This document shows, one piece after another, positions 61,974-64,000 of a DNA stretch of 64,000 nt. Origin of the DNA: Pavona decussata (taxonomy: Eukaryota); contig CDRNST010000226.1 of the NCBI GenBank assembly GCA_977016875.1, forward strand, positions 682,001-746,000. Direction: 5' to 3'. Positions within the stretch are counted from its first letter, which is position 1. Each line of letters begins with the position of its first letter. Position numbers and translations under genes: made by a program. The notes under the pieces are model-generated. The model searched no databases. It was not told the DNA's origin and worked only from the letters and a program-made list of their open reading frames with translations.

Positions 61974-63731
61974 ATGGAAGACTCGAATGCTGACGCTAAT
62001 CACTGGTTAAATGGATTTCTTCAGCAAAACTGCGAAGAAGCACGAAAACGTGTTCAAGAGGAACGAAATCTTTGGAACTTAACAAACGAGAATGAAGACC
62101 TTGATCTGTCAGGAATTTTCAACTTTACTGATTACGAAGAATTCAACGGACAGGGTGGTGAGGAAATTTTACCTTCTAAAACTTTTGATTCAGACGATCT
62201 GTCCCAAATGAAGCCTGCGTCATTCGACGATGGTACATCGATTCACGACACTGAACGACGAACAGAACACGACGGTATTCGTCAGAATTTAAATTCCAGT
62301 CCATTGGCTCAAAGAAGCGTGTCGTCGAACGATGACATATCGATTTACGATGAACGACGAACAGAGCTCGACGACATTCAAAATCACAAGGAAATTCAAG
62401 TTACAACTTTGCACGAGGCTCGACAAAGTTTGAATTCCAGTCCACTGGCCTGCACAAGCACATCATCCAACGATGGCATATCTAGTGATGGCGACGATCA
62501 ACGAGCTGCGCACGACGCTGGTCATACGTCTTCGGCAGATCACGTTACGTCAAAGAGCACCCAGGCGGACTGGGATTTCGAAACCGATTTAGTAGAAGTG
62601 GCGAGTATGGACATAGTCCATGCAAAACAACAGCTCCAGCGGGCAATAAACGACTTCAACTCCAATGTAGTGGACAGGGAGCGAGCGGGTTTCAGACTAA
62701 CGATGAAGCAGATCGAAGCAACGGTCAACGAAGTTTTAGAGGAGGTTGAGCGACTCGACAACAACTTCAAGCTACGTAGAATGAGTCCTGATAGCTACTA
62801 TGAAGTGAAGTCGTGGAATGAAATAGACTTACTCATTGCGCTTGAAAACGTCTCGCTGAATGAAGTTGTCATCGAGGATATGAAAACTCCAACTGGCTAT
62901 GCGCGAATACGCGTGGTATCACAGGAAGTGACGTCATTGTCGAATGTACCGTCGTCAGAGATGACCTCAGCCTTGAGCTTGAACATGACGTCATCACACC
63001 ATCAGTTATTTCAGTGGTGTACAGAAACACAGTCGGGTGAGCTGTACCTTTCGCCGAAAAAGTTATGCAAGGAATTCGCGGCGCTAGTTTCCAGAGCGGC
63101 TGGGAGAATTTTAAGAAATGGCTCCAGCGTGAACCGGAAGGGAGTTACTTTTTCTGACACAGAAGCTTCCGTGCCCTTCACAGTCAACCTCATTCCCACG
63201 GTGGAATGTCCACAGACCTGGCCGCTATGCGCTTACTGGCTCAGAAATTACACTAAAAAGTGGCCAGCGGTGGGTGTGAAGGATGACGTCATTCGTGGGG
63301 GGATGCACCTTGTTGCCTTGGTGACGAGCAAGGAGTCTGACCCTTTGTGGCGAATAAACTTTTGCGCCGCACGGCGTCATCTTCTTCGGTCTGATTGTGA
63401 AGGGAAGAAGAAATGTTTACGTATTTTGAAAGTACTCCTGGATAAAGATCTGTCGCGGCCCAAGGGCCTCCTTCCGCTGTACCTTGAGAACATAGTACTG
63501 TGGGCAAGTAGAAAACACTGGCAGGAGGAGGAATGGGCCGAGTGCATGTTACCGGAGAGGTTTTTGGAGATGTTAATGGCCCTGCATAAGTGTTTGGAGA
63601 ACAAAGACTGTTACAATTTCTTTGTGCCAACCATGAATCTCTTCAGCAACTTGAGACCCGAGGTTGTCCAAATGTTAGCTGCGAAAGTGAAGGATGTCTT
63701 GCATGATCCTTTCAAGTACCTAAAGAGTTAA
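61974..63731 (+). CDS. Mab-21/cGAS-like receptor family protein 2 (intronless CDS, 585 aa) with acidic repetitive N-terminal extension
   Basis: First ATG is at 61974; the ORF track start at 61941 is TTG. The C-terminal part (about 365 aa) has Mab-21 motifs: SYYEVKSWNEIDLL, TPTGYARI, LYLSPKKL, VNLIPTVECPQTWP, GMHLVA, WRINF, KKKCLRILK and CLENKDCYNFFVPTMNLF. Confidence 0.9.
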   Translation: MEDSNADANHWLNGFLQQNCEEARKRVQEERNLWNLTNENEDLDLSGIFNFTDYEEFNGQGGEEILPSKTFDSDDLSQMKPASFDDGTSIHDTERRTEHDGIRQNLNSSPLAQRSVSSNDDISIYDERRTELDDIQNHKEIQVTTLHEARQSLNSSPLACTSTSSNDGISSDGDDQRAAHDAGHTSSADHVTSKSTQADWDFETDLVEVASMDIVHAKQQLQRAINDFNSNVVDRERAGFRLTMKQIEATVNEVLEEVERLDNNFKLRRMSPDSYYEVKSWNEIDLLIALENVSLNEVVIEDMKTPTGYARIRVVSQEVTSLSNVPSSEMTSALSLNMTSSHHQLFQWCTETQSGELYLSPKKLCKEFAALVSRAAGRILRNGSSVNRKGVTFSDTEASVPFTVNLIPTVECPQTWPLCAYWLRNYTKKWPAVGVKDDVIRGGMHLVALVTSKESDPLWRINFCAARRHLLRSDCEGKKKCLRILKVLLDKDLSRPKGLLPLYLENIVLWASRKHWQEEEWAECMLPERFLEMLMALHKCLENKDCYNFFVPTMNLFSNLRPEVVQMLAAKVKDVLHDPFKYLKS

Positions 63732-64000
63732 GTATGCGCAACAAGGTTTATGCGCATGTTCAATTAAAAAAGTCTTTTTTACGATATAAAAGACAAAAAT
63801 CCTTTCCAAATTCACCGGAAGACCCTTCTGCCACGTTTCAAACGAGAACGGTGGTGGGGAAGGGGAGGGGGGATGAACCGCGTTTAACACAGTAAGGCTA
63901 TTGCAGGCTCCCGTGGAGTGATGGAGTGCGGCGAATAAGGACGCTTTCGATTCGACCAAAAATTCCAGAAATTCAGTATGAGGAATCGAATGAACCACAA

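Noticed and set aside
59652-63630. Antisense and alternative-frame ORFs over the cGLR genes
   Set aside because: They are shadow ORFs of real coding sequence with no motifs.

Overview
Eukaryotic, AT-rich, intron-dense animal DNA. The repeat landscape and gene style suggest an anthozoan cnidarian, probably a stony coral; this is inferred, not proven. Six protein-coding genes were reconstructed by hand from splice sites and protein motifs. These are EXOC4/Sec8 (+, 34 coding exons, 976 aa), a Pim-family kinase (-, 9 exons, 402 aa), a compact PGC-1/PPRC1-family coactivator (-, about 8 exons, about 501 aa), mitochondrial release factor MTRF1L head-to-head with it (+, 14 exons, 409 aa), and a tandem pair of intronless Mab-21/cGAS-like (cGLR) genes (+). 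Introns and spacers hold many MITEs, LINE 3' ends and minisatellites. Two observations stand out. First, several dispersed elements share one architecture: a long hairpin with tandem GA.GA mismatches and a GNA triloop (stable on one strand only), followed by an inverted-repeat-bounded body, which points to mobilisation through folded ssDNA. Second, the two cGLR paralogs have each lost different catalytic residues, and the first lies downstream of a GAS plus double-ISRE motif cluster.
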